A stretch of 62,475 bases of DNA, counting the filler, from Parachlamydiales bacterium (GTDB lineage Bacteria > Chlamydiota > Chlamydiia > Chlamydiales > Parachlamydiaceae), in the NCBI GenBank assembly GCA_020051075.1. It is 5 parts of 5 records of this genome, joined end to end, with 100 filler letters (N's around TTAATTAATTAA, not from the genome) between each part and the next. Parts side by side here need not be neighbours in the genome. Positions count along the whole stretch, not along the records: positions 20,327 to 40,605 come from JAGVJP010000075.1; positions 40,706 to 56,883 come from JAGVJP010000033.1; 3 more parts are not named here. The stretch is one strand, 5' to 3'. The translations under genes and the position numbers were made by a program. Shown piece by piece: positions 39,536 through 49,270 of this stretch (the first letter of the stretch is position 1; the number at the start of each line of letters is the position of its first letter). The notes beneath the pieces were generated by a model. It was not told the origin of the DNA. It did no database searches and was given only the letters and a program-made list of their open reading frames with translations.

Positions 39536-40344
39536 TTTCTTTGACGGCGTTGCCGGAGAACTTCATATAAAAGGACTGTTGTTGCCATTGCGACGTTGAG
39601 TGAGTCGGCAACTCCCATCATAGGAATCCGCACTTGGATATCTGCCCCTTTCATCCAGCGTTCTGATAGCCCAAGCTGCTCAGTGCCCATGGCAATAGCG
39701 ATAGGCCCTGTTAAATCCACTGCGGTGAACTCGGAAACTGCACTTGGTGTTGCGGCAAGGATGGCAATCTTTTGGGCTTTGAGCCAGGCAATGGTTTCTT
39801 CGCTGTCAGCTTCAATGGTAGGAACAGTGAAAAGAGTGCCAACGCTGGCACGAACGACATTAGGATTATAAATATCTGTGCAGCGATCACAGACGATCAG
39901 TCCAGAGGCGCCTACAGCATCTGTAGAACGCAATATTGTCCCTAAATTCCCTGGTTTTTCAATCGCTTCGGCAACGACATAGAAGGGGTTGCCAACCTCT
40001 GGTAGATCGTGGAGGGAGAGGCGGCGTTGAGGAGCAACAGCCAAAAGGCCGTCAGGCCTGTCCCGATAGGAAATTTTCCTAAAGACGTTCTCAGCACAGT
40101 TGAAAATTTTAGCTCCAGAAGAGGCGATTTTTGCTATCAGCGTCCGTTCGTTGGTTCCGAGGAAAAGCTCAGGACAGATGAAAAGCGATTCTATCGCCCA
40201 GCTGGTATCAGTGGCTCTAAGAAGTTCTCGATAACCCTCGATGAGAAAAAGAGCTGTGGAGTCTCTTTCCTGTTTATCTCGCAAATGAGTCACTTGTTTG
40301 ATTCTTGGATTCTGTACACTAGAGAGGAATAATTCTTGGTTCAT
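39532..40344 (-). CDS. TrmH/SpoU-family RNA methyltransferase
   Basis: EKPGNLGTILRS, NPNVVRAS, GTEQLGL, IPMMGVADSLNVA; start 40344 coupled (ATGA) to the upstream stop. Confidence 0.92.
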   Translation of the reverse strand: MNQELFLSSVQNPRIKQVTHLRDKQERDSTALFLIEGYRELLRATDTSWAIESLFICPELFLGTNERTLIAKIASSGAKIFNCAENVFRKISYRDRPDGLLAVAPQRRLSLHDLPEVGNPFYVVAEAIEKPGNLGTILRSTDAVGASGLIVCDRCTDIYNPNVVRASVGTLFTVPTIEADSEETIAWLKAQKIAILAATPSAVSEFTAVDLTGPIAIAMGTEQLGLSERWMKGADIQVRIPMMGVADSLNVAMATTVLLYEVLRQRRQRK

Positions 40345-40605
40345 GGAAGCTGGCTCCATCTTGCAAAGGTTCCGCAAGGGAGATGAAAATGGGAAGCATC
40401 TTCGCTCGTTATCATCATTTCGCCGGCATCTATGCTTCCAGGAAGCCCTCGCATCGTTTGAGACAATAAATTTTGCATGACTATCGGCGAAAAACCGGGA
40501 GTATGGCAAGAAAATAAGATGAATAAGGGATGCTCGCTGAGTAGGCTGCGGCAATCTTCAAGGAGTTTGACAATGCTTTCCTCAATTTTAAATATTTCCC
40601 CTTTG
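40341..40605 (-). CDS. C-terminal part of a class I SAM-dependent methyltransferase, cut by the gap (not in the ORF track)
   Basis: Manual translation KGEIFKIEESIVKLLEDCRSLLSEHPLFILFSCHTPGFSPIVMQNLL...LPCGTFARWSQLP*; its TGA overlaps the next ATG. Confidence 0.7.
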
Positions 40606-40705
40606 NNNNNNNNNNNNNNNNNNNNNNNNNNNNNNNNNNNNNNNNNNNNTTAATTAATTAANNNNNNNNNNNNNNNNNNNNNNNNNNNNNNNNNNNNNNN
40701 NNNNN
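40606..40705. other. Artificial contig linker
   Basis: N44-TTAATTAATTAA-N44. Confidence 0.98.
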
Positions 40706-40858
40706 AGCCACATTTGTGTTACGCGAAGCGTTTGGAGTGCGGAAGTCCTCTTCCGCTTTTTCGCCAAACAATGTTGGCAAGCACCTGTGAGATGATATGC
40801 GTCAGTTTTCGGCGAGAGCTCATAGAACTGGTTCAAATTCGACTTATGCAATTACCTC
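40706..40858. repeat. Right half of the family A / GAGGTAATTGCA element at contig start
   Basis: cgcgaagcgtttggagtgcggaagtcctcttccgctttt...gcaattacctc, similar to 9540-9677. Confidence 0.8.
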
Positions 40859-41006
40859 TTTTGGTCCCTTGTCCCTTATCCTTAGGTTCCTTGCTTTTAA
40901 GTTTTCTATGATAATCTGTTAAATTCCAGTGGTACTTTAGAGATATCAAATGATAGACTTTTAACGAATGATGGGCTACAATTTGTCATTAACATTTGGA
41001 GAACAT

Positions 41007-41624
41007 ATGTGGAAATGGATCATCGTCTTATGTGTTGCATGTTCAGTCACTCTTAGCGCGGAAGTCAAAGTATTAGCATTTGCTGGAAGTACTCGAAAAG
41101 ATTCCGTTAACAAGAAATTGGTTTATGGGGCAGCTCAGGTAGCCCGTCAAATGCAAGCTAATGTAACAGTGATTGATCTGAAGGATTATCCCACCCCTTT
41201 CTACGATGAAGATCTTGAAACGAGTGAAGGAATGCCCATCAAGGCCAAGCAATTGCGGCAGTTGATGATACAAAGCGACGTCATTCTGATTGCTTCCCCG
41301 GAATATAACTCCTCTCTTTCAGCTGTGCTCAAAAACGCTATCGACTGGGCATCGAGAGACGAAGCTGGAGGCGGCTCGCGTGAGGCTTTTGCAGGGAAAA
41401 AATTTGCTCTTATGAGCGCATCTCCAGGCTCAGGTGGAGGGGGTCGAGGACTCGTTCATCTACGAGCAATCATTGAAAATGTTGGCGGCACAGTGATCCC
41501 TCAACAAGTTGTCGTGCCAGATGCCTACAATGCTTTTGATGCTCAGGGGCATTTGAAAAATGAAAAAATAAAACAAGAAATCCAACAGCTTATTCAAACA
41601 GCAATGGATTCTATTACACGGTAA
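41007..41624 (+). CDS. NADPH-dependent FMN reductase (ChrR/SsuE-like) with signal-like leader
   Basis: FAGSTRKDSVN, ASPEYNSS, LKNAIDWASR, SASPG; leader MWKWIIVLCVACSVTLSA after GGAG. Confidence 0.9.
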   Translation: MWKWIIVLCVACSVTLSAEVKVLAFAGSTRKDSVNKKLVYGAAQVARQMQANVTVIDLKDYPTPFYDEDLETSEGMPIKAKQLRQLMIQSDVILIASPEYNSSLSAVLKNAIDWASRDEAGGGSREAFAGKKFALMSASPGSGGGGRGLVHLRAIIENVGGTVIPQQVVVPDAYNAFDAQGHLKNEKIKQEIQQLIQTAMDSITR

Positions 41625-41711
41625 CCACGACGCACTTCCAAAAATAGATGACGATCTTTTCAAGAAGCTCAAGAAACGAAAAGTAAACAGTATAAAATTA
41701 TAAAAAACCAC

Positions 41712-41740
41712 TTGACAACTAAAGGTGTAAATTATATAAT
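41712..41740 (+). promoter_or_regulatory. Consensus sigma70/sigma66 promoter
   Basis: TTGACA(41712)-17 nt-TATAAT(41735) upstream of ATG 41798. Confidence 0.8.
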
Positions 41741-41797
41741 ATAAATTATATAATTGAGGTACTTATTTTTATATCACATTAAATAAAAAGGGGTTTT

Positions 41798-42835
41798 ATG
41801 TCAGGTAATATCAGCGGTATATCTAGTGGATTGGGAAACTTCATTGTCAACCATAAAATTTTATGTCTTCTCACTCTTGGCCTTGCCATATTAGGATTTG
41901 TCGTAAGAGGAAAGATCTATTCATGGATACAACAAGCATCAAATACAGCACAACGAGCCGATCTAGCTGCACGAAGACCTCTAAGCGAATCAGATCATTC
42001 GATTCCTTCAACTTTTACCAGATCGATTTCTTCAACATCTACCCCTGTAAGACCAGAAACAGACTCTGCAAGTCTAGATCATCAAAGAACTGACCTTCAT
42101 GAAATACCACCCTCTTCTATCCAAGAGAGTTTCCCAGTTTCTCCTGCGACTGCCTCTTTGATGATGGAAGAAAACGAAAGAATCAGAAGTGAAATTATTA
42201 ACGATCAGACGAAACTTCCTCAACCCGTAGATGACTATGATATTATGGACAATATCAATGATTGGACAAGGGGATATATGGCTAACGTTTTAGCAGGACG
42301 CACAGAAGCTCCAACACCTCTACACCTTCAAGCAGCACAATATATCAATGCACAGAACATATGCCAAGAAACTAGAGAACACGAAATCATCCCTCACGTC
42401 TATGTTGGAAATTACGACGCTCTTCGTTCTATAGATCCTATGCAAGGCAACAACCCTGTAAGATTTACGAGAGTAATTAGTGTCACAAGGCAAAGTCCGA
42501 CAAATGGAGATGAATTTTATGAAGCAAATATTCCGGATACAGTTGATCGGGTTTCTGTCGAGGTGAGTGATGATGACACAGCTTGGAGCGATTTAGTAAA
42601 TAATTTTGAACGATTCTTTAAGATGATCGACGACGCGCGTGAAAAAGGGGAAAACATCCTCATTCATTGTTCTCAAGGTCAATCACGCAGTGTGACTGTG
42701 ATGATGGCTTATCTAATCAACCGTTTCCATGTAACTCCCGAACAAGCTTTACACTATATCCGAACAAAACGATTCATCGCAGAACCTGTACCAGGCCTTT
42801 ATAATAGATTAGAGACTTATTACCAAAACATGTAA
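41798..42835 (+). CDS. Dual-specificity protein phosphatase with N-terminal TM segment (candidate effector)
   Basis: EIIPHVYVGN, ILIHCSQGQSRS (CX5R), MAYLI, AEPVPG; hydrophobic ILCLLTLGLAILGFVV. Confidence 0.9.
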   Translation: MSGNISGISSGLGNFIVNHKILCLLTLGLAILGFVVRGKIYSWIQQASNTAQRADLAARRPLSESDHSIPSTFTRSISSTSTPVRPETDSASLDHQRTDLHEIPPSSIQESFPVSPATASLMMEENERIRSEIINDQTKLPQPVDDYDIMDNINDWTRGYMANVLAGRTEAPTPLHLQAAQYINAQNICQETREHEIIPHVYVGNYDALRSIDPMQGNNPVRFTRVISVTRQSPTNGDEFYEANIPDTVDRVSVEVSDDDTAWSDLVNNFERFFKMIDDAREKGENILIHCSQGQSRSVTVMMAYLINRFHVTPEQALHYIRTKRFIAEPVPGLYNRLETYYQNM

Positions 42836-43123
42836 CCCATGTAGATTCCCCTTTTGGGGAAGGTATTTACTGAATTCGAAAAATGATTTTTGTATTTCCT
42901 TCCTCTGTTATCTCATTTTCTCCCGTCATTTGCAGTCAATTTCAACTGTACGATTTTTTCGTACAGTTGACTAAACCTTTAATGTTTCGTTTTAAATCAG
43001 ACAATATATTCTCGGATTGAAATTCTCCGTAAGTAATTAAACAATATTAATTAATGCGATGTGTCCTTTAGAGACAATTCGTAGAAATGGAAAGTAAAGA
43101 CAATTTTTTGTTTTTACGAAGAT

Positions 43124-43195
43124 GGAGAAATTTATAGCCGTCGGGGTGAGGGGATGTTCTTCTACTTTGCGCCTTTGCGTCTTCTTTGCGTTAAA
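43124..43195. repeat. Dispersed intergenic repeat (copy of 776-839)
   Basis: ggagaaatttata...ggggatgttcttctactttgc...ttctttgcgttaaaa. Confidence 0.6.
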
Positions 43196-43254
43196 AAAAA
43201 GAGGTACTCAGGAGAAATGAATGGGATGAGGATAATGCGCGCTTGTTTTTTGCA

Positions 43255-44490
43255 TCACTCATTGCGCAGAGCTGTGATGGGGTCGATGGAGGCTGCGAGG
43301 TAAGCGGGATAGGCCCCCGAGAAGAGCCCGACAATGATAGAGGTAAGAGCCGACAGCATGATCGACCAGAGCGTCACGACGGTGTCCCAACCGGCGAAGG
43401 CGCTGATCGCATGGGCTGATGCAATCCCTAAAAGGATCCCCAGAAAAGCTCCTGAAAATGTGAGGATCAATGCCTCAAGCAAAAATTGAGCAATGATATG
43501 CCTTTGGTTCGCTCCGACAGCACGTCTGACGCCGATCTCCCGTCTTCTTTCAACTACTGTCGCCAACATGATATTCATGATGCCAATGCCTCCGACCAAC
43601 AACGAAATCGCGGCGATACTCCCTAAGACAAAGTTAAAGGTCCGTTGCGACTGATTGGCCTGTTTTAAGAGCTCTTGTGGAATGATGATTTGATAGTGGC
43701 TGAAATTTCCATGCAGTTGGCCAAGGGTCTGCTTCATCATCCGTGCGGAGAGGTGGATATAGCGCGAATCGTGCAGTTGGAAGATCGCCTCCGAAGCCCC
43801 GTGGGTCTGTCCATGCACTAAAGAGGACAAGCCCTTCTCAGTGCCAAGAGGGATGAAGAGAGCATAATCTAAGTTGCGCGAAGTCAGCAACGGCGTTTTG
43901 CCGCTCTTCCATTCCGTCGGCTTCAACACCCCAATAATCTGAAATTCTTCGTGATTGATCCTCAGTGATCCGCCGGCATGGCCGTGACGACCGATCGCTT
44001 TTGCGATTTCATTGCCGACGACACAGACTTTCTTGCGCTCTTTCAGATCTAAAAGACAGATAAATCTCCCTTCGCTTAAGACGATTTTCTTGATCTCGCC
44101 AAACGACGGGGTCACAGCTAAGACTTCAGGAGAGATCCGCTGGTTGACTTCGGAGACATTAGCGTCGACATCCTTTAAGATGGCATATCGATGGAGTGAT
44201 GGAAGATCCTGCTGCAAAGCATCGATATCCTCTTCGGTCAGCCCTGTCAGCCGCACTTCACGTCCTGGCTGCTTCGGGTCATTACCCCCATGCTGCCTGC
44301 GCAGGATGATGTTATTCATTCCGAGCTGTTCAATCTGAGCAAGAGTCTCCCTCTTCGCACCCTCGCCGATGGAAAGCATAGCAACAACAGCGGCAACGCC
44401 GCATAAAATCCCTAGGGTGCTAAGAAACGTCCGCAGCCGATGGGTTGTGAGTACCTGGAACGCTTGGAGAAGCTCATGAAGAAGCCGCAT
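43255..44490 (-). CDS. MacB-type ABC transporter permease
   Basis: RTFLSTLGI..GVAAVVAM, ISLLVGGIGIMNIML, ERRREIGVRRAVGA, DPITALR. Confidence 0.93.
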   Translation of the reverse strand: MRLLHELLQAFQVLTTHRLRTFLSTLGILCGVAAVVAMLSIGEGAKRETLAQIEQLGMNNIILRRQHGGNDPKQPGREVRLTGLTEEDIDALQQDLPSLHRYAILKDVDANVSEVNQRISPEVLAVTPSFGEIKKIVLSEGRFICLLDLKERKKVCVVGNEIAKAIGRHGHAGGSLRINHEEFQIIGVLKPTEWKSGKTPLLTSRNLDYALFIPLGTEKGLSSLVHGQTHGASEAIFQLHDSRYIHLSARMMKQTLGQLHGNFSHYQIIIPQELLKQANQSQRTFNFVLGSIAAISLLVGGIGIMNIMLATVVERRREIGVRRAVGANQRHIIAQFLLEALILTFSGAFLGILLGIASAHAISAFAGWDTVVTLWSIMLSALTSIIVGLFSGAYPAYLAASIDPITALRNE

Positions 44491-45169
44491 CGACAACACC
44501 TCCATCGTTCATCACGATCGTACGCTGGCACTTGGAAGCCACTGAGGGATCATGGGTCACAATCACTATCGTCCTCCCTGCAGCATGGAGTTCTTGGAAC
44601 AGCTTTAAAGTCGCTTGTCCTGTTTCTCTATCTAAGTTGCCCGTCGGTTCATCAGCTAAGATAAGAAGCGGATCGATCGCAAGCGCGCGTGCGATGGCAG
44701 CTCTTTGCATCTCACCTCCAGATAGCTGCGAAGGGAGATGATAACTTCTATGCGAAAGCCTGACCATTTCTATTGCGCTTAAGACACGGTGGTTAATCTC
44801 TGACTCCGTACATCGCATCTCTCCATAAAGAAAGGGAAGCCTGACATTATGATAGAGGTTAAGTGTTGGAATGAGATTGAAAGACTGAAAAACAAAGCCA
44901 ATCTGTGTAGCACGGAGATGGGAGAGCTGCAAATCATCCAATAGAGAAACATCGGCACCATTTAAAAGATATATCCCTTCCGATGGGGTGTCAAGGCAGC
45001 CTAAAAGATGTAATAACGTCGACTTACCCGATCCAGACGGCCCCACGATGGCAACAGATTCTCCTTCATCAATTGACAAGCTGACCTGTTTAAGTGCTTG
45101 AACAATGCCGGAAGGCATTTTATAAACCTTGGACATATTCTGGATATCAACAAGAGGATGCTTAGACAT
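44474..45169 (-). CDS. ABC transporter ATP-binding protein (LolD/MacB type)
   Basis: GPSGSGKST, LSGGEMQR, ILADEPTGNLD, VTHD. Confidence 0.95.
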   Translation of the reverse strand: MSKHPLVDIQNMSKVYKMPSGIVQALKQVSLSIDEGESVAIVGPSGSGKSTLLHLLGCLDTPSEGIYLLNGADVSLLDDLQLSHLRATQIGFVFQSFNLIPTLNLYHNVRLPFLYGEMRCTESEINHRVLSAIEMVRLSHRSYHLPSQLSGGEMQRAAIARALAIDPLLILADEPTGNLDRETGQATLKLFQELHAAGRTIVIVTHDPSVASKCQRTIVMNDGGVVDAASS

Positions 45170-45170
45170 A

Positions 45171-46604
45171 TCAACTATTTGCCAGTGGATTTAAAAGCGC
45201 CACCTCGTCTCCTTCCTTGATCCCTTGCCTGAGTTCGACCCATTGGTCGTTATGAATGCCTAAGACAAGTTCTCTTCTCTCAAAAGCTCCGTCAGGAGTG
45301 CGGAGATAGCAGATAGGCTGGTTATTCTCCTCAAAGACAGCGTGGAGAGGGATCGATAGAACATCTTTTCTCTCCTCAGCATCGATGACAACACGCGCTG
45401 TCATTCCTGGACGCAATAGAGGGCTGCTCTCGTCAAGGGCGATGCGAACTTCAAAGTATTTATCCTCGCTGGAGTAGACGGCATCGGAGAGGGCGAGAAC
45501 GCCGATCAGTGAAATCTTCCCCGTCAGCCTGAGGTGAGGATAGGCATCGACTTCGATCAGAGCTTTCTTGTCCACGCCAATTTTGTAGAGATCAGTTTCT
45601 CTGACACGTGTTTTAACGATCATCGAACTGAGATCCGGCAGCTCGATCAGAGGCTGATTTTTCACCAGAACATCCCCTACACGAGGCTTACGCCTTTGAC
45701 CAGCCCGGTAATCTTCTCGATGGACAACCATCCCCTCCGAAGAAGCTCTGATTTCTGTGTGGGCAAGCTCTCGCTCAGCTTCGCGCTTTTGCATACGCAG
45801 ATCGTCCATTCCCTGCTTCCCCTCTTCCAAAAGGGCGTAGGCTTTGGCGATCTTGTACATTCCCCCTTTAGAGATTTCTTCTCGTTTGATCTCAGCGCGC
45901 TTGAGCTGTGTTTCCCCCTTTTTGACGAGCATAGGGAAGATGTGAGAAACATATGTATCGTATTGCTGCTTGGCAATCTCGTAAACCTCTTTTTCGTCTT
46001 GTAGCCGTTTTTGCGCTTGCTTAATCTCTGAAGGATTAAGAAACCCCTGCACTTCCAGATTTAAAAGATCTTCAGAATAGGCCTTGATCTCATCATATGT
46101 GGTCCATGCTTTCTGCATAGCACTTTTAAGGCGAGACAACTCTTGAGGACCATCCCCTTGGAGGACTTTTTCATGCTCCAGCCGAGCAGTCTCTACTTCA
46201 TATTCAGCCGTGCGGTTTTCATGTTCAGCTTGAACGACCTCCCAATCATAGGCATGCTGCAGCGCCTTGATATAGGCTTCCTGCTCGCGAACCTGTGTAT
46301 TCAGCTTCTCCAGCTTTTCTTCGAAGGGTGTCGGGTCGATCTTCACCAACACCTCACCTGGCTGTACATAGATACCATCAGCGATGAGATAAATGATCTT
46401 ACCCTGGTCTCCTTTTATTGTGGAAGCGATTGCAATAGAGCGAGCAGACTCTAATTCTCCGATAGTCTTGACTTCAACTTTAATCGTCCTCTTCGTTGCT
46501 GTCTGAAAAGGAAGTGGAGGGAAAAATGCCTCTTTGGAAGGATAGAATCCTACGACGAGCGATCCTAACAAAATAAAGGTGAAGGCGACCAAGAGCGATT
46601 TCAT
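45171..46604 (-). CDS. Membrane fusion protein (HlyD/MacA-like periplasmic adaptor)
   Basis: N-terminal TM, lipoyl-like GEVLVKID, long coiled coil, LRPGMTA. Confidence 0.9.
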   Translation of the reverse strand: MKSLLVAFTFILLGSLVVGFYPSKEAFFPPLPFQTATKRTIKVEVKTIGELESARSIAIASTIKGDQGKIIYLIADGIYVQPGEVLVKIDPTPFEEKLEKLNTQVREQEAYIKALQHAYDWEVVQAEHENRTAEYEVETARLEHEKVLQGDGPQELSRLKSAMQKAWTTYDEIKAYSEDLLNLEVQGFLNPSEIKQAQKRLQDEKEVYEIAKQQYDTYVSHIFPMLVKKGETQLKRAEIKREEISKGGMYKIAKAYALLEEGKQGMDDLRMQKREAERELAHTEIRASSEGMVVHREDYRAGQRRKPRVGDVLVKNQPLIELPDLSSMIVKTRVRETDLYKIGVDKKALIEVDAYPHLRLTGKISLIGVLALSDAVYSSEDKYFEVRIALDESSPLLRPGMTARVVIDAEERKDVLSIPLHAVFEENNQPICYLRTPDGAFERRELVLGIHNDQWVELRQGIKEGDEVALLNPLANS

Positions 46605-47995
46605 TAAGGTATCCGAGGTTTGTCGATCAGCAATCCCATTGAAGCGAGTAGATGGAATTCACTGACAATATGTTCTACTAAAGCAGACCAATAGGCCTGC
46701 TGTGCACTGCAAAGAGATTTTTCTGCTTGAATGACGTTGAAGTTATCTGCCAAACCCCGGTCGAACTTAATTTGCGCTAAATGCAGTTCACCCTGTGCTG
46801 TATGAATCTGCTCTTTTTGAAGTTGAATCCGTTGGCATATCCGCTCAAGCTGTCGCAATATCTTTCGTACCTCTAGGGTAATCACTGTTTGCGTTTGTTC
46901 TATCTCTCGTTTAGCACTCATCACATCCATCAAACTCCGTTGATAGGAGATCTGTTCTGCGAGTCCATTGAAGTTTGAAGAGGTTGTAAATCCGATCCCC
47001 CAGGTGCTCTCACGATTTCGCGTACAAGCTTCCGTAAAGACTTCGTCAATGCCACAATTTGTATAGTTTAAAACGAGATTGAGTTCTGGCAAAAGGTTTT
47101 TCTTTGCCACATAGGAAAGGCGGTTGTTTTCTTGGAATTGATCCTCCGATTGATCTATTTCAATGCGATGCTTCATTGCTAATTCAACAGCCTCTCTCAA
47201 TGGAATTTGCTGTGGTGTATACTGAAGAGGGAGATCAACTTGAATCGGTAGATCGAAAGGAAGGGCAAGGATATCTCGCACAATGTCTTGGCTTTCTTGC
47301 AATCGTTCATGAGAGGCAGTGAGCGTTTCTTCTGCAATCCTCCACTCGATCTCAGCGCGATAGACATCCAACGCATCAGCAAGGCCGATTTTCTCTTTGA
47401 GCTTTGCCGCATGAAAAAATCGGGTGATCCGCTCATGTGACTCCAGATTCAATAAATACGATTGCTCAGCCTTGACGACTTCATAGAGGGCTTGAATCGT
47501 ACGGAGGATCAGCTTCACTTGAGCGGTGTATAAGGTCCGATAAGCCGACCGCAAACTGAATTTAGACGACAGCAACTGTGAAAGCTGAAACTCTTTTCCC
47601 AGCCCTCTTAACAGCGGTTGAATCAACGCCGCTCTCATTTCAGTATGGTAATGGTGGGGAAATTTTAATATTGAAGGGGCAAGCGAGATTTCTGTTCCGG
47701 TCGTAAATTTTTTACTTACTTCAAGGCCAGTGCCAAAAGAAGCTCCAGAACCCACCTTTCCCCCACCGACATATCCCGCACGTCCATTAGGTGAGATCTG
47801 AATATTGAAATCGCTATCAGCCAATTCGATGTTATATTTCGCTTGCGTAACCACATTCCCCGTTTCAAGATACTGCCGGTTATCATTCAATGCCCGAGAA
47901 ATGGCCTCGGGCAATGTCAGCACAAGACTCTCCCCCTCTTCACCAAAGCAACAAGAAAAAGTGAGAATGAGCATCGATAATAGAAAACTCTTCAT
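46604..47995 (-). CDS. TolC-family outer membrane protein
   Basis: Signal-like leader, LTLPEAISRAL, QPLLRG, LLPELNL, KFDRGL; translationally coupled to the MFP gene. Confidence 0.88.
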   Translation of the reverse strand: MKSFLLSMLILTFSCCFGEEGESLVLTLPEAISRALNDNRQYLETGNVVTQAKYNIELADSDFNIQISPNGRAGYVGGGKVGSGASFGTGLEVSKKFTTGTEISLAPSILKFPHHYHTEMRAALIQPLLRGLGKEFQLSQLLSSKFSLRSAYRTLYTAQVKLILRTIQALYEVVKAEQSYLLNLESHERITRFFHAAKLKEKIGLADALDVYRAEIEWRIAEETLTASHERLQESQDIVRDILALPFDLPIQVDLPLQYTPQQIPLREAVELAMKHRIEIDQSEDQFQENNRLSYVAKKNLLPELNLVLNYTNCGIDEVFTEACTRNRESTWGIGFTTSSNFNGLAEQISYQRSLMDVMSAKREIEQTQTVITLEVRKILRQLERICQRIQLQKEQIHTAQGELHLAQIKFDRGLADNFNVIQAEKSLCSAQQAYWSALVEHIVSEFHLLASMGLLIDKPRIP

Positions 47996-48588
47996 ACTAA
48001 AAAGGTTTTACAAGACCCACTAGTCATTTTTCTGGAGAATTTTTTGCCAGTTGCACTAAAAGCAAAGAACACATCTTGTTCTCGACCACCATCATTTGGA
48101 ATAAGGGTAAAGCTGACTAGGTAACTTACAGGGAAAGCGGTGCCTATGTCCGGATTATTTTGTATACGAATCCTTCCATCTGGTGTTAATATGATAGGCT
48201 CTTTATCGGTATAGAAAACACGATAGAATTGCTTTGCATCATAATCATACTCATAAACCACCCACTTGAGTTCGAATACCGGTTTTTCATCTGATGATAC
48301 CAAAGCTTCTCTCAGCATCGCTCTGTTTTTTGGTGAAATTCTGATGCAAAATCCAATCGGCTCAGTTGGGCTACCCACCCATTCAATTTCATCGATGATC
48401 GCAACGACATTATCTTTTTTAGAGTTTACAGGATCCCATGCGATGGTGTCAGCTTGTAATCCTATTCCGTTGACGGTCAATTCCAGGAGGTGTCCAGTGG
48501 TTGATTTTTCTTCAGGAATACAATTATCTGAAGCATAGCTGTTTCTCGCTTCGCAAGCGATAGAGATCAATTCGTAAAATTTTGACAT
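47992..48588 (-). CDS. Hypothetical protein heading the TolC-MFP-ABC operon
   Basis: GGAGG RBS; stop overlaps the TolC ATG (ATGA). Confidence 0.75.
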   Translation of the reverse strand: MSKFYELISIACEARNSYASDNCIPEEKSTTGHLLELTVNGIGLQADTIAWDPVNSKKDNVVAIIDEIEWVGSPTEPIGFCIRISPKNRAMLREALVSSDEKPVFELKWVVYEYDYDAKQFYRVFYTDKEPIILTPDGRIRIQNNPDIGTAFPVSYLVSFTLIPNDGGREQDVFFAFSATGKKFSRKMTSGSCKTFLV

Positions 48589-48800
48589 AAGGTTCCTCCA
48601 CTATTGAACGTTCAGCAGAAAGTTTCGCAGATTATGCAATATACTTCAACTCAACATAATCTCTCTTCAGAACAACCGCATTCTCTTGAATACACCTTCC
48701 AAACAATGTGGTTCTCGATAATGGAATATTGCAATACTTCAGCCCTACCCCCCTACTACTGAGTAATACACTATCTTTAGCTTTCACTCCTATCCTTCCC

Positions 48801-49256
48801 ATCCCATACGCTTTCAAAATCTGCGACAAAGAACATCAAATTTCCTATGAGCCAGGAGAAGATGCGTATCGCTTTGTGGCTGGAGGGAATTCTAATTGGT
48901 GCGGTCCGGTCTGGTTCCCGATCAACTACCTCATCATCGAAGCACTCCAAAAATATCACCATTACTATGGAGAGACTTTAACAGTAGAATTTCCTAGCCG
49001 ATCGGGAAATCGGCTCAAACTAGGGCAAGTCGCTGATGAACTGTCCAAGAGGTTGATCTCTCTGTTCGAAAGAGGGGAAAGCGAAAAAAGGGCAATCTTT
49101 CCATCAGAAAGCCCCTTTCATTGCGATGAACACTGGAAAGACCTTCTTCTCTTTCATGAATACTTCCATGGAGAAAATGGCCTTGGATTAGGTGCCAACC
49201 ATCAGGGATGGACTTCATTAATCGCAAAACTCCTACAAGGAATTACAAAACAATAA
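48801..49256 (+). pseudogene. C-terminal remnant of a GH63-like (MGH1-type) glucosidase
   Basis: YEPGE, GGNSNWCGPVWFPINYL, LLFHEYFHGENGLGLGANHQGWT; only ~150 aa of a normally much longer enzyme, no credible start. Confidence 0.75.
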
Positions 49257-49270
49257 GAAGTTTATCTCCT

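Noticed and set aside
42846..42861. TTCCCC-TTTT-GGGGAA hairpin after the phosphatase gene as a terminator
   Set aside because: Short stem with no following U-tract; too weak to call
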